Of a DNA stretch of 64,000 bases, positions 1 to 11,838 are shown in pieces. Each line of letters starts with the position of its first letter. Positions within the stretch are counted from its first letter, which is position 1. Origin of the DNA: Octopus vulgaris (lineage: Eukaryota); assembly GCA_951406725.2 (NCBI GenBank), contig OX597817.1:107756001-107820000 (forward strand). The letters run 5' to 3'. Under the pieces are notes generated by a model, which saw nothing but the letters and a program-made list of their open reading frames with translations, did not search any database and had not been told where the DNA came from. Both the position numbers and the translations under genes were made by a program.

Positions 1-682
1 CGGATAGCTGGTTCCTCTGTTGGGTCGGCATTTGGTAGACTCTCTTTCTCCCATTCATTCTTTTTATTTAGGAACTTTTGATAGTGGCGTCTCCAAACCT
101 CTCTCTTTGCAGCCTCATTTAATGCAAGTAAATCATCATCCATGTGGACACATTTCTCTCCTATGACATCAAAATTCTCTCTCACACACACTGTCTTGCA
201 ACATGAAATACCTCAAGTCTTTGGTCCTCACAGTGTAGAACATTGGCAAATTTTTTCTTATCTGCTTCCCCTCTGGCTAAATAAACCTGTCTCCTAGCTT
301 CCCTTCTGGCAGTCTGATGCAATTCCCTGCTGCCATCGTTCTTCCAGTCCTTCCAAGCCTGTTTCTTTTCCCTAATAGCCCTGTCAATAACATTGTTCCC
401 CCACCATATTACCTTGTGTTAAGAGGGGACTTTGCACCATCCACAGATCTGGTTAGTGGTCCTCAGCAGGTTGTCCCATACAAACCTCCAGTTGTCTTCC
501 ACAGCATGTGATACTATATCCCCCTCTATTTCATCAAAGGCTTCGAGTAATATGTCTCTAAATCTATGTCTATTCGCAGGATCTTTAAGCTTCCAGACCT
601 TTCTCCTCCATGCTGGTCATCTTCTAAGCATCCATCTAGCCCTGATCCCGAAGTCGCTAATTACTAGTCTATGTTGTGGGAT
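1..682 (-). mobile_element. RTE-type LINE ORF fragment (end of APE endonuclease plus linker), degenerate
   Basis: Minus strand reads PQHRLVISDF...VWKLKDP...ARREARRQVYLARGEA...VIGEKCV...WRRHY, with stops. Confidence 0.8.
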
Positions 683-1040
683 ACATGACAGAAAAAGGGT
701 TAAGATAAAAGATAAAGCAAAGAAGAATGTATATATATATATATATGTGCAGAGAGAGAGAGAGAGAGAGTGCTTGTGTCATAAAAATGTTGTGCTTCAG
801 CACTTAGAAATTAGAAAATGGTTGGTTCTCCAACTTCTCTAGGAATTTTGTTTCCTGTGAGCTTTATTTATTGTTTCCAGAGAAGCTTCTTCACTGAGAA
901 CAGGTGTTTGCATAATTAGATTTAAAAAAAAAAAAAACATCGATCATTTTGACATTACTTAAAACTGGCATTAAATTTCCATTTAGTTGATTAATGCAAG
1001 CCTCTGTATGTGTTTGTGCATGTGTGTGTGCATATGCACA

Positions 1041-1123
<83 letters not shown>

Positions 1124-1247
1124 GTATATATATATATGTAAATATATATATGTGTATATTTATATATGTGTAAATGTATGTGTATATGTATGTGTATATA
1201 TGTGTGTGTGTGTATGTATGTATATATATATATGTGTGTGTATGTAT

Positions 1248-2190
1248 ATCATTTAACGTCCGCTTTCCATGCTAGCATGGGTTGGACAATTTGACTAAGG
1301 ACTGGCGAACCAGATGACTGCACCAGGCTCCAATCTGATCTGGCAGAGTTTCTACAGCTGGATGCCCTTCCTAACGCCAACCACTCCGAGAGTGTAGTGG
1401 GTGCTTTTATGTGCTACCAGCACAAGGGCCAGTCTGGCGGTACTGGCAACGGCCACGCTCAAATGGTGTTTTTTACGTGCCACCTGCACAGGAGTCAGTC
1501 TAGTGGCACTGGCAACGACCTCGCTCGAATGTTTTGTTCACGTCCCACCGGCACAAGTGCCAGTAAGGCAACGCAAGTAATGATCATGCTCAAATGGTGC
1601 TTTTTACGTGCCACTGGCACGGAAGCCAGACAGCTGCTCTGGCAGTGATCCCACTTGGATGGAGCTGTTAGCACTCACTGGCAAGGGTGCCAGTCATCGA
1701 ATTTGGTTCAATTTTGATTTCACTTGCCCCAACAGGTCTTCGCAAGCAGAGTTTAGTGTCCAATGAAGGAAGGTTGGCATGGGTGCCAGTCGAATTTGGT
1801 TCGATTTCGAATTCAATTTCGATTTTGATTTTGATTTCATTTGCCTCAACAGGTTTTCTCAAGCAGAGTTTGTGTCCAAAGGAAAGGTACTCATAAGTGG
1901 GCTGGCTACACCCCTGGTAAAGGCCACCAGTTATGGTCTCACTCGTCTTACTAGGTCTTCTCACACACAGCATATTTCCAAAGGTCTCGGTCACTAGTCA
2001 TTGCCTTGGTGAGGTCTAATGTATGAAGGTCATGCTTCACCACCTCATCCCAGGTTTTCCTGGGTCTACCTCTTCCACAGGTTCCCTCAACCACTAGGGT
2101 GTGGCACTTTTTCACACAGCTATCCTCATGCATTCTCGCCACATGACCATACCAGCGCAATCGTCTCTCTTGCACACCACAACTGACGGT
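1248..2190 (-). mobile_element. RTE LINE 3' end with internally repeated 3' UTR
   Basis: [12 protein letters not shown]...GRGRPRKTW; repeated gtgccaccggcac units; terminal gcatggaaagcggacgttaaatgat. Confidence 0.85.
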
Positions 2191-2439
2191 TGTGGTGTGC
2201 AAATATAACATAAGGCTATTTGAAATCTAGGTATTTATTTTTACATTTTATATCAGAGTTTATAAACAAAGTTGTTGGTTACAGCTTTATAATGCATTTC
2301 CTTTGTAAAAATGACAATGTAGTGCCTGTAACTTGATGTAAAGCAAGTATCTCAATGGACTTCATTCTTAAATCACCATTTTATTTTCTGTTTTGTAGCT
2401 CTTAGTTTGTCAAAAAAATATATATCCTTTAATAAACCA

Positions 2440-2795
2440 CAGCTTGCTTCCTAACTACATGGTTACTGGTTCAGTCCCACTCCATAGCACCTTTGGCAAG
2501 CATTTTCTACTATAGCCTCTAGTGTACCCAAAGCCTTGGAAATGGATTTTGTAGATGGAAACTAAAAGAAACCTGTCATATATGTCTATGTATCTCCCAG
2601 ATTGTGTTTGTCCCTAACCACTGCTTGATAACTGGTATCGATTTGTTTAAGTCCCCTTAACTCTATGGTTCAACAAAAGAAAATGATAGAATAAGTACCA
2701 GGCTTAGAAACCTGTACTAGGCTTTGTTTGAACTCTTCAAGGTGGTGCCCCAACATGGCCATAGTCAAATGACTGAAATGAGAAAAAGGTAAAAA
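2440..2795 (+). mobile_element. tRNA-derived SINE, diverged
   Basis: Same family as 22890 and 45860 (ggttcagtcccac...gatagaataagtacc...gtcaaatgactgaaa). Confidence 0.75.
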
Positions 2796-4154
2796 AGGAT
2801 GGAAGATACATTGGTGAAAGACACACGCGCACATACGCACACACATATACACACATGCACACGTGGCTCCTGTACTGTCTCTACTCATCAATTTCCCGCC
2901 ACACAACTGAAATCATTTGCCCAAGATGATGTGCTGTGAAATTGAACTCAGAGCCATATAGTTGTAAAGTGAAATTCTTAATCACACACCTATACTACTA
3001 TATTAGAAGTCATACACATAGACAAAATTAAATAATTAGCAGAAAATATAAATCTGCTTTGGAAACATCATTTCTTCCTTCCACCTCCTTGAGAAGAAAA
3101 ATCAGTTATTTTCTATAATGAAATTATTATGTTGAAGCAGACTTTTCCATAATTAACTGACAAATTTAGTTGAGTTTGTCAAAAACATTTCACTATATCA
3201 CGAAACTGTTGCCTAAAGATTCTGAAATTCTGCTATATCTCATGTTAGTAAAAATATAATCTTTATGAAACCTTAAAATTCTTTAGCTTATCTTTGGAGA
3301 AAATCTCTGTTGACATTTCATTAGTTTCTTCCTTCCTGATAAAAAAAGAAAAAATAGAAAGAAAAAGGAAACACTATTATAGTGTAAAGTTTGCATTTAT
3401 TCAATTTATATCTGTTATCTGAGCTTCCAGCAGTTAACCAATAAACAACAGATTGTACCAACAGCATACAGTGCTGGAAATTAAACTTTCTAGCAGCAAT
3501 GTAAAAGGATAAACATTTATTTATACTTGTACAAGCTGTTCAACAGATGAATTACACTATTCTCCTTTACATTCTTCTCTTTAGAATCTATGAAAAACTA
3601 ACTTAAAATGGATGTCTGTATAGTTTCCTGATGCTATTAATAGACATAATGAAGAGTATAAATCTGCTGTGAGCATAAAACTTTCACATCATTGATTTCA
3701 AATCAGTAAGCTATTATTAAAGAGGTTTCATACTATTTTCTATATGGCATCAGAGACAACTAATACCTTTAACCTACACAACTAGAAATTCCTATGTCAC
3801 TAAAACGAAATTTTTTTTGTTAATAATAATTAAAATTATTGCTCAGCCTGCTGGAAATATCAACTAAATCCCCCCCTCTCTCTCTCTCTCTTAAATCTCA
3901 TCCTACCATCTTGAGAAAAGAACACAAACAACTGATAACATAAAAGGACAAGTTGTTTGTTGCTGGAATGTGTTTAATTATAGGTGTGCAAGAAAAGACA
4001 TGACAAGGCTTAAAAACAACAAACATTAAACTTTAATAGATAGATGTCAAGCCAGATATTATTGGAGAGTACATTAATAGAACTGAAAGAACTATGTGAT
4101 TTTGATGCTTGATTCATACAGTCTATTGGTTCAATCTTTCTTTCTCTCTCTCAT

Positions 4155-4193
<39 letters not shown>

Positions 4194-4194
<1 letters not shown>

Positions 4195-4646
4195 CATCAT
4201 CGTTTAATGTCCGCTTTCCATGCTAGCATGGGTTGGACAAATGACTGAGGGCTGGCGAACCAGATGGCTGCACCAGGCTTCAGTCTTGATCTGGCTGAGT
4301 TTCTACAGCTGGATGCCCTTCCTAGCGCCAACCACTCTGAGAGTGTAGTGAGTGCTTTTACATGCCACCATTATGGGGCCAGTCAGGCGGTACTGGCAAT
4401 GACCTCGCTCGAGTCTTTTACACATGCCACCGGCACAGGTGCCAATAAGGCGATGCTGATAATGATCACGCTCGAATGGTGTCTTTTACATGCCACCGGC
4501 ATGGAGGTCAGATATCCGTTCTGGCAACGATCACGCTCGGGTGGTGCTCTTTAAGGCGACGCTGGTAATGATCAGGCTTGAATGGTGCCTTTTAAGTGTC
4601 ACTGGCATGGAAGCCGGTTAGCCGCTCTGTCAATGATCACACTTGT
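4194..4646 (-). mobile_element. RTE 3' UTR/tail fragment
   Basis: Highly similar to 1248-1680; (cat)n tail next to (TA)n. Confidence 0.8.
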
Positions 4647-4674
4647 AATATATATATATATATATATTTATTTT

Positions 4675-5070
4675 TACTTGTTTACACAGAAGACTGTGGC
4701 CACGCAGTCATGCTGGGGCACCACATTGCACAGTTTAGTTGAAAAGTTTGCCATATTAATTTTTCTTTTTGTCTGGTACTCACTCTAATAGTCTTTTGTG
4801 GTAAACAATGAAGTTATGGGGATGTAAATAAAGCAACACTTGTTGTCAAGCAGTGTGTGTGGTGGGGCTGGACAAATGCAGACGCACGCACATGCATGCA
4901 CATACACACAATTTTCCACATGGTTTCTGTCTACCAGATTCACCCACAATGCATTGGTTAGCCTAGGGCTATAGTAGAGGAGACTTGCCCATGGTGCTCT
5001 GCAGTAGAACTGAACCTAAATCCACATGATAGCAAAGCGAGCTTCTTAACCTCATAACTATACATGTGCC
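4675..5070 (-). mobile_element. tRNA-derived SINE, diverged
   Basis: Reverse-complement match to the 22890 family. Confidence 0.7.
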
Positions 5071-6408
5071 TACAACCTAACCTACCTACTTACCTACCTA
5101 CATGCCCACATACCTACCTACCTACCTACCTACCTACCTACCTATCAACATGTCTATCTATCTACACACACTCACACACACACACATATCACAATCATCA
5201 TCATTTTAAAGGTGCTTTCCATTCTTGCATGAATTGAGCAGGTCATAATCCAAGTTAGTTCTTATTCAGTGTCACTAAACTCTTATTCAGTGTCACTAGA
5301 TGCATTGCATAACCATGTCCCACTTGTATATTTGATTTTTGTTTTGGTTTCTATGGCTAGTTGCTCTTCCTATATATATGTTTTGATTCAAATCTGTGTT
5401 GCTACTTGGAGTTTCATACACCAGTTGGGGCAGTTCAGTTTCTGTTGGAACCCCCTTGGCATGGCACAAACAAATGGATAGATGATGTATAAAATATCTA
5501 GGTGGAACCTATTGCTTATGTCTAGGTGGCTTTTATCAAAATTGAATAGCCCCAACAAGTGTGTATGTGTGTGTAAAAACAAGCATCAAATATTTTATAA
5601 TTAGTTAAGATACAGGAACATGAAACTCAAAGAAGTAACTGTCACACAACAACTTTAAATAAATGTTATGACACTCTACATTACTCTGCTGAACAAATTC
5701 TTTTTACCTAATTGCTATCAAAATGGTGCAACTACCTTGTGTGTGCAACATCATCATCACCATAATATATATATATATATATATCAATCAAATAATTGAA
5801 GTAATTTAAGTAATTTATAGGTGAAATCATTGCGCATTTGAACATACATATATATATAAACGAACACACTTATCAGTCAAGCGGAAAACACATGACTGGA
5901 TAAGTGGGTTCGTTAGAACATACATATAACAAATATATATATAAATTACATCATTCAATTATTGTGCATTTTCTTCATTTCCTTTTTATATATCACCACT
6001 CGTGTTCGACACTCCTTTTTTTAAATATATATATATATATATATATATATCATCATTGGAACATACATATATAAATATATCATCATCAATAAATAGATGT
6101 ATATATTGTCATACTCTTACGCACAGACATTCCTATATATACACACATGTATATGTACATTTATATTATCTGAGATATCATATTTTTCAGAAAAAATGAA
6201 ACGTGTTATGTAAATAACTTTACAGTTATTTATTTAAAAGCCTTTTTGTTTTCTTTTGTTTTTTTCCTTTTTGTTATTGGGAAACTTGTAGTGGAGTGTT
6301 TTGGGATTCAGAGAAGATGTATCACAATTCTTTGGCCACTCAGAAAATCTTGAAAAAATATATAAAGGTAGTGATCATATGTGATGTTATAACATAATGG
6401 GTGATGGA

Positions 6409-6443
<35 letters not shown>

Positions 6444-6785
6444 ACTTCACCTGTTATAACATTACATATGATCTCTACTTTATTATGGGGCCTAATTTAA
6501 AAAGGATAACATCATTGATTCTTATTTTGTAATATCCTCTTCTGTCATGAGTATGAGATAATGTAATACTATGACTTAAAAAAATAATGGTAACATGTAG
6601 TTTGATTGCTTATCAGAAAACATCTTATTTTAACAAATCCTCTCTTCTTTTTTTGATTTTACAAATCCTTTGTTTTTCTAAAACTTCTTGTATAACTTAC
6701 CTGTAATATTCTTTGAAATGATTTCTTTTGACTTGCCTCTTTTGCTCCTTCTGCTGTGTAACCATCTATTGTATCTTTTCTAAAG

Positions 6786-6824
6786 CCAATGCTGATGGTT
6801 CCGATACTGGATTGGCTCGGGCAG
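6786..6824 (+). CDS. Putative 39-nt phase-1/1 microexon of the SLC4 N-terminus (xNADGSDTGLARA)
   Basis: Long pyrimidine tract plus taaag acceptor, GCAG|gtaaaa donor. GC-rich island in unique AT-rich DNA; in frame with exon 37788. Confidence 0.55.
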
Positions 6825-7896
6825 GTAAAATTGCATCCTGTTCATTATACTTCTTACATAGTTTTCTGTAGCTATCAGTGCTAGTCTTTTTGTGTGTGCG
6901 TGCTCTTTGTTTCATATTGCAATTTTTCCTTTCATTTTCGTACGTCACGTACTTATTTTATCCTTGCGTTTTTGTTTTCATCCAATGTTTTGGCATGCTG
7001 TGGTGTTCACGTAGCAGCTATATCGGTTGGGAGACATTAGATGCCTTCCATCTTTAGATGATTCTTTTAATTATTGTTATATTTAATTTTTTTAACATTG
7101 AAATAGCATGGAGAATTATATTTTATTTTATTATTCTTTCTTTTACCATTTTTCTTGATTGAGAAGTTTCTTTCACTTATAATTTTAAAACTCTTCACTG
7201 CCAAAAATATTAATAAAAGATGAAAATATATAACAGAACATATAAAAGAATACATGAAATTGGATTCTGTCAAAAATGTTCCCAGAAAACACTTGGCTAA
7301 TCCCTTCACTAATTCAAAATATATATTTATATTTTGCATTTTTAAAATCTAAACTAGCAAAAAAAAAAAAAAAAAATAGATAAATAAACACTTGTTTTTA
7401 TCATGTCATCTCCCAGCAAAACAAATGTTCAATGTTATTCAATTCTTGACGAAACAAATATACTAAGAATTATACCATTGCATTTTTGATTAAGGGATCC
7501 CTAATTAATTATCATGATTAAAGGAAATGATCATTTGAATCAGTTGAAATATGTTTGGGACATATTTCACCAGTGCAAAGGCCTTATTCACTTCTGTTTG
7601 CTATTGAGAACTCTTGTTTCAGACAATAGGTCTTGTTGTTGGTGGTGGTGATGTTTTTTTTTTTATACATGTTACCTAAAGTGAGAATTCTTGTCAACAG
7701 CAAACAGCAGTGAATACGCTCTTTGTACAGGTCAACTATATCTCATACACATTTGAGCTGATCTAAATTTTATTTTTACTCACAACACTGCTTTTGCGTG
7801 CCTCCTCCGTTACAGAAGAAAATATCCTATTGAAACAGGAATATCATTTGAAATGTTTACACTTCATACCTTGTGACATATACTCACCTCTTACTG

Positions 7897-7943
<47 letters not shown>

Positions 7944-8061
7944 TTGGGAATGGATGAGTTGTGTTCAATCAAATAATGAATAATATACAATATATATATA
8001 TAAAGAATGAGAAAATGGAGAGGTAATTAATAAAATTATTTATTAATTATAAAATATGACA

Positions 8062-8151
8062 ACATCTCTGACAACTGTTTCGATTCAGAAATCTTTAGAT
8101 AATTAATTTATAAAATTAAAATCATTATAAGATGAATCTCTTCAGAGGTGG
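8062..8151 (-). ncRNA. Minimal type I hammerhead ribozyme-like motif (Penelope pLTR-type)
   Basis: Minus strand: ccacct CTGAAGA gattca...tgaatc GAAAC agtt GTC agagatg. Core and stem II intact; stem I weak. Confidence 0.55.
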
Positions 8152-8305
8152 TAAAGACATACCGATTAGAAATACATGTTGAGATAATGGCTATAAACCA
8201 TTTGTATGGTCACCTTATAGTTGAACTTTCAATAGATAGGTAACTAACCAGTATTTTCATTGGATTTATGATCCCTTAATGAGGTTTATTACCTTTACTT
8301 GATTA

Positions 8306-8352
<47 letters not shown>

Positions 8353-8549
8353 GGGTGTGTGTGTGCATGTGCATATATATGTGTGTGTGTGTATATATAT
8401 ATGTATATATATGTGTGTGTGTATATATGTGTATATATGTGTGTATATATGTGTGTGTATATATATATGTATATATATGTATATGTACGTATATATATAT
8501 GTATATATATTTATGTATATATATGTGTGTGTGTGTGTGTATATATATT

Positions 8550-8582
<33 letters not shown>

Positions 8583-8668
8583 GAATATACATAATAATAA
8601 TATTAGGAGTAAATCCAAACTTACAGGGAAAAATTAGATTTAGGCTTAAATCTAATTTCACAGTATAA

Positions 8669-9023
8669 ATATAAATTAAATTAGAGATAAAACCACTATT
8701 AGGCAAATCAAACAGTGAAAAACATATACCAAAACATAAAAATAAAAATAATTAATATAATATACAAAATATATAAAATTTGAAAATTTAAATTATTTGA
8801 ATTTAAAATTAAAATTATAAAAAAACATATATATATATAAAATATAAAAATTTATCAATATAAATTAATAATTTTAATTTTAAATTTAAATAATTTAAAT
8901 TTTAAAATTTTATATTTTATATATTTTGTATATTATATTAATTATTTTTATTTTTATGTTTTGGTTTATGTTTTTCACTGTTTGATTTGCCTAATAGTGG
9001 TTTTATCTCTAATTTAATTTATA

Positions 9024-9024
<1 letters not shown>
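8669..9024. repeat. AT-rich inverted repeat with arms of about 150 bp
   Basis: atataaattaaattagagataaaaccactattaggcaaatc... mirrored by ...gatttgcctaatagtggttttatctctaatttaatttatat. Confidence 0.9.
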
Positions 9025-9060
<36 letters not shown>

Positions 9061-9061
9061 A

Positions 9062-10062
9062 TGCATATATGGGTGCAGAACGTCACCAATGGTGCAAATA
9101 GCTTAAAATACATAAACAAACGAGGGGAAAACAAGTGAAATGCGTAAATGAGATAAACATGGAAAACAGAACAGAGAAAGGACAGAGAAAGGACCCTTCA
9201 TCAGTTGTCAGCTGTCTCTCTACTACTTTTTTCGAGCATTGAATGAAAAGATGAGACTTCAAAGACAGTTGCTCCCATAAATTCCAAAATAAAATTTAGG
9301 ATTTATCGAGGGTCAAAGTTAGGAATAAAAAGATGATAGTGCAGACATTCAAGGTTGGGAACAAAAAAGTTGGGAACAGAAAAATGACAGTGCAGACATA
9401 CAAGGAAACCGATGCATCTATTTCCAAGTAAGTTTTTGATGCTACTCTCTACTCTACTACTTTCTTCATCAATTCTCCTCTAATTTCCTTTTTCTCCTGC
9501 TCCCTCCTTCACCGTTTTCTATCTGTGTGTGTTCTCTTTTCCCCTTTCTCTTTTTCTCTCTCTCTCGTTGCTCACATGTAACCATCGTCCATCTTTCTTT
9601 TCCTGCATGGACATTCAAATGATCGGACGTGTTTTTCTCTGTTTCTTCTATCTTTTCTCTTTTCAAAAAAAAAAAAAAGTTTCTCCCAGCATTCACTATT
9701 TTCCTCTTGTTCTAGTCTAATGACCCACCATGTTTGATTTCCATGTATGTCTCCATTGTCATTTTTTTGTTCTCTGCTTTGACCCTCTATAAATCCTAAA
9801 TTTTATTTTAGAATTTACGAGAGCAACTGTCTTTGAAGACTCATATTGTCGTTGAATGCTCAAAATAAGCATATTGTCGTTGACTGCTTGAAATGAGCCA
9901 GACAGCTGATGACTGATGAAGGGTCCTTTCTCTGTGTTACCTTGTCCTCCATTTTTTTCTCATTTATATATTTCACACATTTTTCTCTCATTTTTTTAAA
10001 TGTATTTCATGTTATTTGCACCATTGGTGCAAATAACATATATCCTGTACCCATATATGCTT
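9062..10062. mobile_element. Foldback/MITE-like element with long imperfect terminal inverted repeats, in a (TA)n tract
   Basis: 9062-9320 is complementary to 9775-10062 (atatgggtgcag...caccaatggtgcaaata vs tatttgcaccattggtg...ctgtacccatat; ggacccttcatcag vs ctgatgaagggtcc). Confidence 0.75.
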
Positions 10063-10577
10063 GTATATATAAATATATATATGTTATATGTTATTTATTG
10101 ATATATATATAATTTTAATATACATATATATATTGTCTCTTATAGTTATATTTCAGTGGGTTTCCATTTTAATATTTTTATCATTGGAGATGTTTTTTTT
10201 CTCTTCTCTTTTTCTCTAGACTCAAAGTTATTGGAACTCTTTCATCATTATTAGTGATGTGGGGTGTTTGCTTTATTTTGAATTTGGTTTCACATAAAAT
10301 GAAAATTATTATTAATTTGAATCAATAATATCTACTGAGTTTATATATATATATTTATATATATTTATATATATATATTGTATATTACTATTGCTTGAAT
10401 AAATTACTGCAATATTTGGGCCAGCAATGCAGAGTGGCCAGCTAAGCACAGTATTATATTTAGCATTCTTCCTCTATACACTAAATTCAAATATTGTCAA
10501 GGACAACTCAACCTTTATATTATTCTGGAGTTGATAAACCTGTGCAATAATAACATAGGAACATTGATTCAGTTAAC

Positions 10578-11838
10578 TATAAAGTCTGTCCAAAATAAAC
10601 TGCTCTTTTAAGAAACTAAGTTATAATTTACAATTTAATAAAAACTGAATCCTTCAAAATGATTCCTTTAATTTATGATGTGTTGTTTCTGATTCTTTTT
10701 CCAATTATAAAATATCTTCTCAAAGCATTTTCAAGTATTGTGCACAGTTCTCATAGCAGATTTTCTTGAATTTTTTCTTTTTTTAAATTGGTGACCTTTC
10801 AGATGAGTGGATATTGATTTTGTGAATGGAAAAATAGTAGTAAGCTGGGTCAACTCTGGAGGCTGAGTTTTCTTGTGTTTTTGCTTACAGCTTCTAATAA
10901 GCAGTAATGCATGAGCAGATGCATTGTCATAGTGCAGCATCCTGGTTTTGTTTGTTCATACCTGTAGCCTCTTCTTTTGCCTTGCTTCTCTGATATGCTT
11001 CAAGACTTTCCAGTAAAAATACTTCAATGATTGTATGACTACTTGGAACAAACACATGGTGGATGACATCCATCAATCCAAAAAGATGATCAGCATCACT
11101 TTCACATTTTATTGTTGCTCGCATATTTTCTGTTGTTGCAATGATGATCATCCAACCCACTGCAATGACTACCTTTTTGCTTGGACGTCATAGCCTGTAC
11201 ACCTGTAATTCATCATTATTTGAGTGATTAGATTCTATTTTTTTTTTTTTGCTAACAAATGTGGCATCAGGATGCATCTTAAATTTTGTTTTCAAAATCA
11301 TGTGGCATTATCTTTTAAAGATGCCCCTTCTTTAGAAAGTTCATAGATTCATGGATAGTCAGACAAAAGTTTTTATGGTTCACAACATCTGTCTTTGCAA
11401 TGTGATCAATGTCTGTTGTTTTGTAAGGTCATCCAGATTCGGAATGTTCTTTGGTGGATATTCTTCTCCAGTCTGTAACATGGATGCAACTTGCGACAAG
11501 GCAAGCAGCTCAAACATTCCCATCATCCTGTTGTAGCATTAGAAATGTCTCTGTTAAAGTTTTGCTCACTTTGAAATAGAATTTCACACAAGTGCTATGC
11601 TCTTGCAATTCATTCATTGTTCAGCTTTCAACAATCCTTCAAGTTCACTAGACATACATTCACTCTAGCACATGTAGATCAGTGACTAACTGATGTGGCA
11701 TGATGTGATTATTATCAAACTGAAGGTCATGTTTACCTATACGCATCATTGCAGTCACAAACCTGTTGTTCTGGCTGATTGATGGTTGGGTTTAAAAACC
11801 CGCTTACAGTCCACTTTGTTTTTTGGACAGATTTTGTA
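10578..11838 (-). mobile_element. Full-length decayed mariner transposon (about 1.26 kb)
   Basis: TA-flanked TIRs tataaagtctgtccaaaa / ttttggacagattttgta; disrupted transposase with LHYDNASAH (HDNAxxH motif). Confidence 0.8.

Noticed and set aside
1400-1680. Regularly spaced repeats resembling a CRISPR array
   Set aside because: Internal repeats of the RTE 3' UTR; eukaryotic context, spacers not unique, no cas genes.
7816-7854. Second possible 39-nt phase-1 exon after ccgttacag
   Set aside because: Good acceptor but poor donor (AAT|gtttac) and no homology; not supportable without RNA data.
9913-9930. CTGATGAAGGGTCC hammerhead half-motif
   Set aside because: No closing stem II or GAAA downstream.
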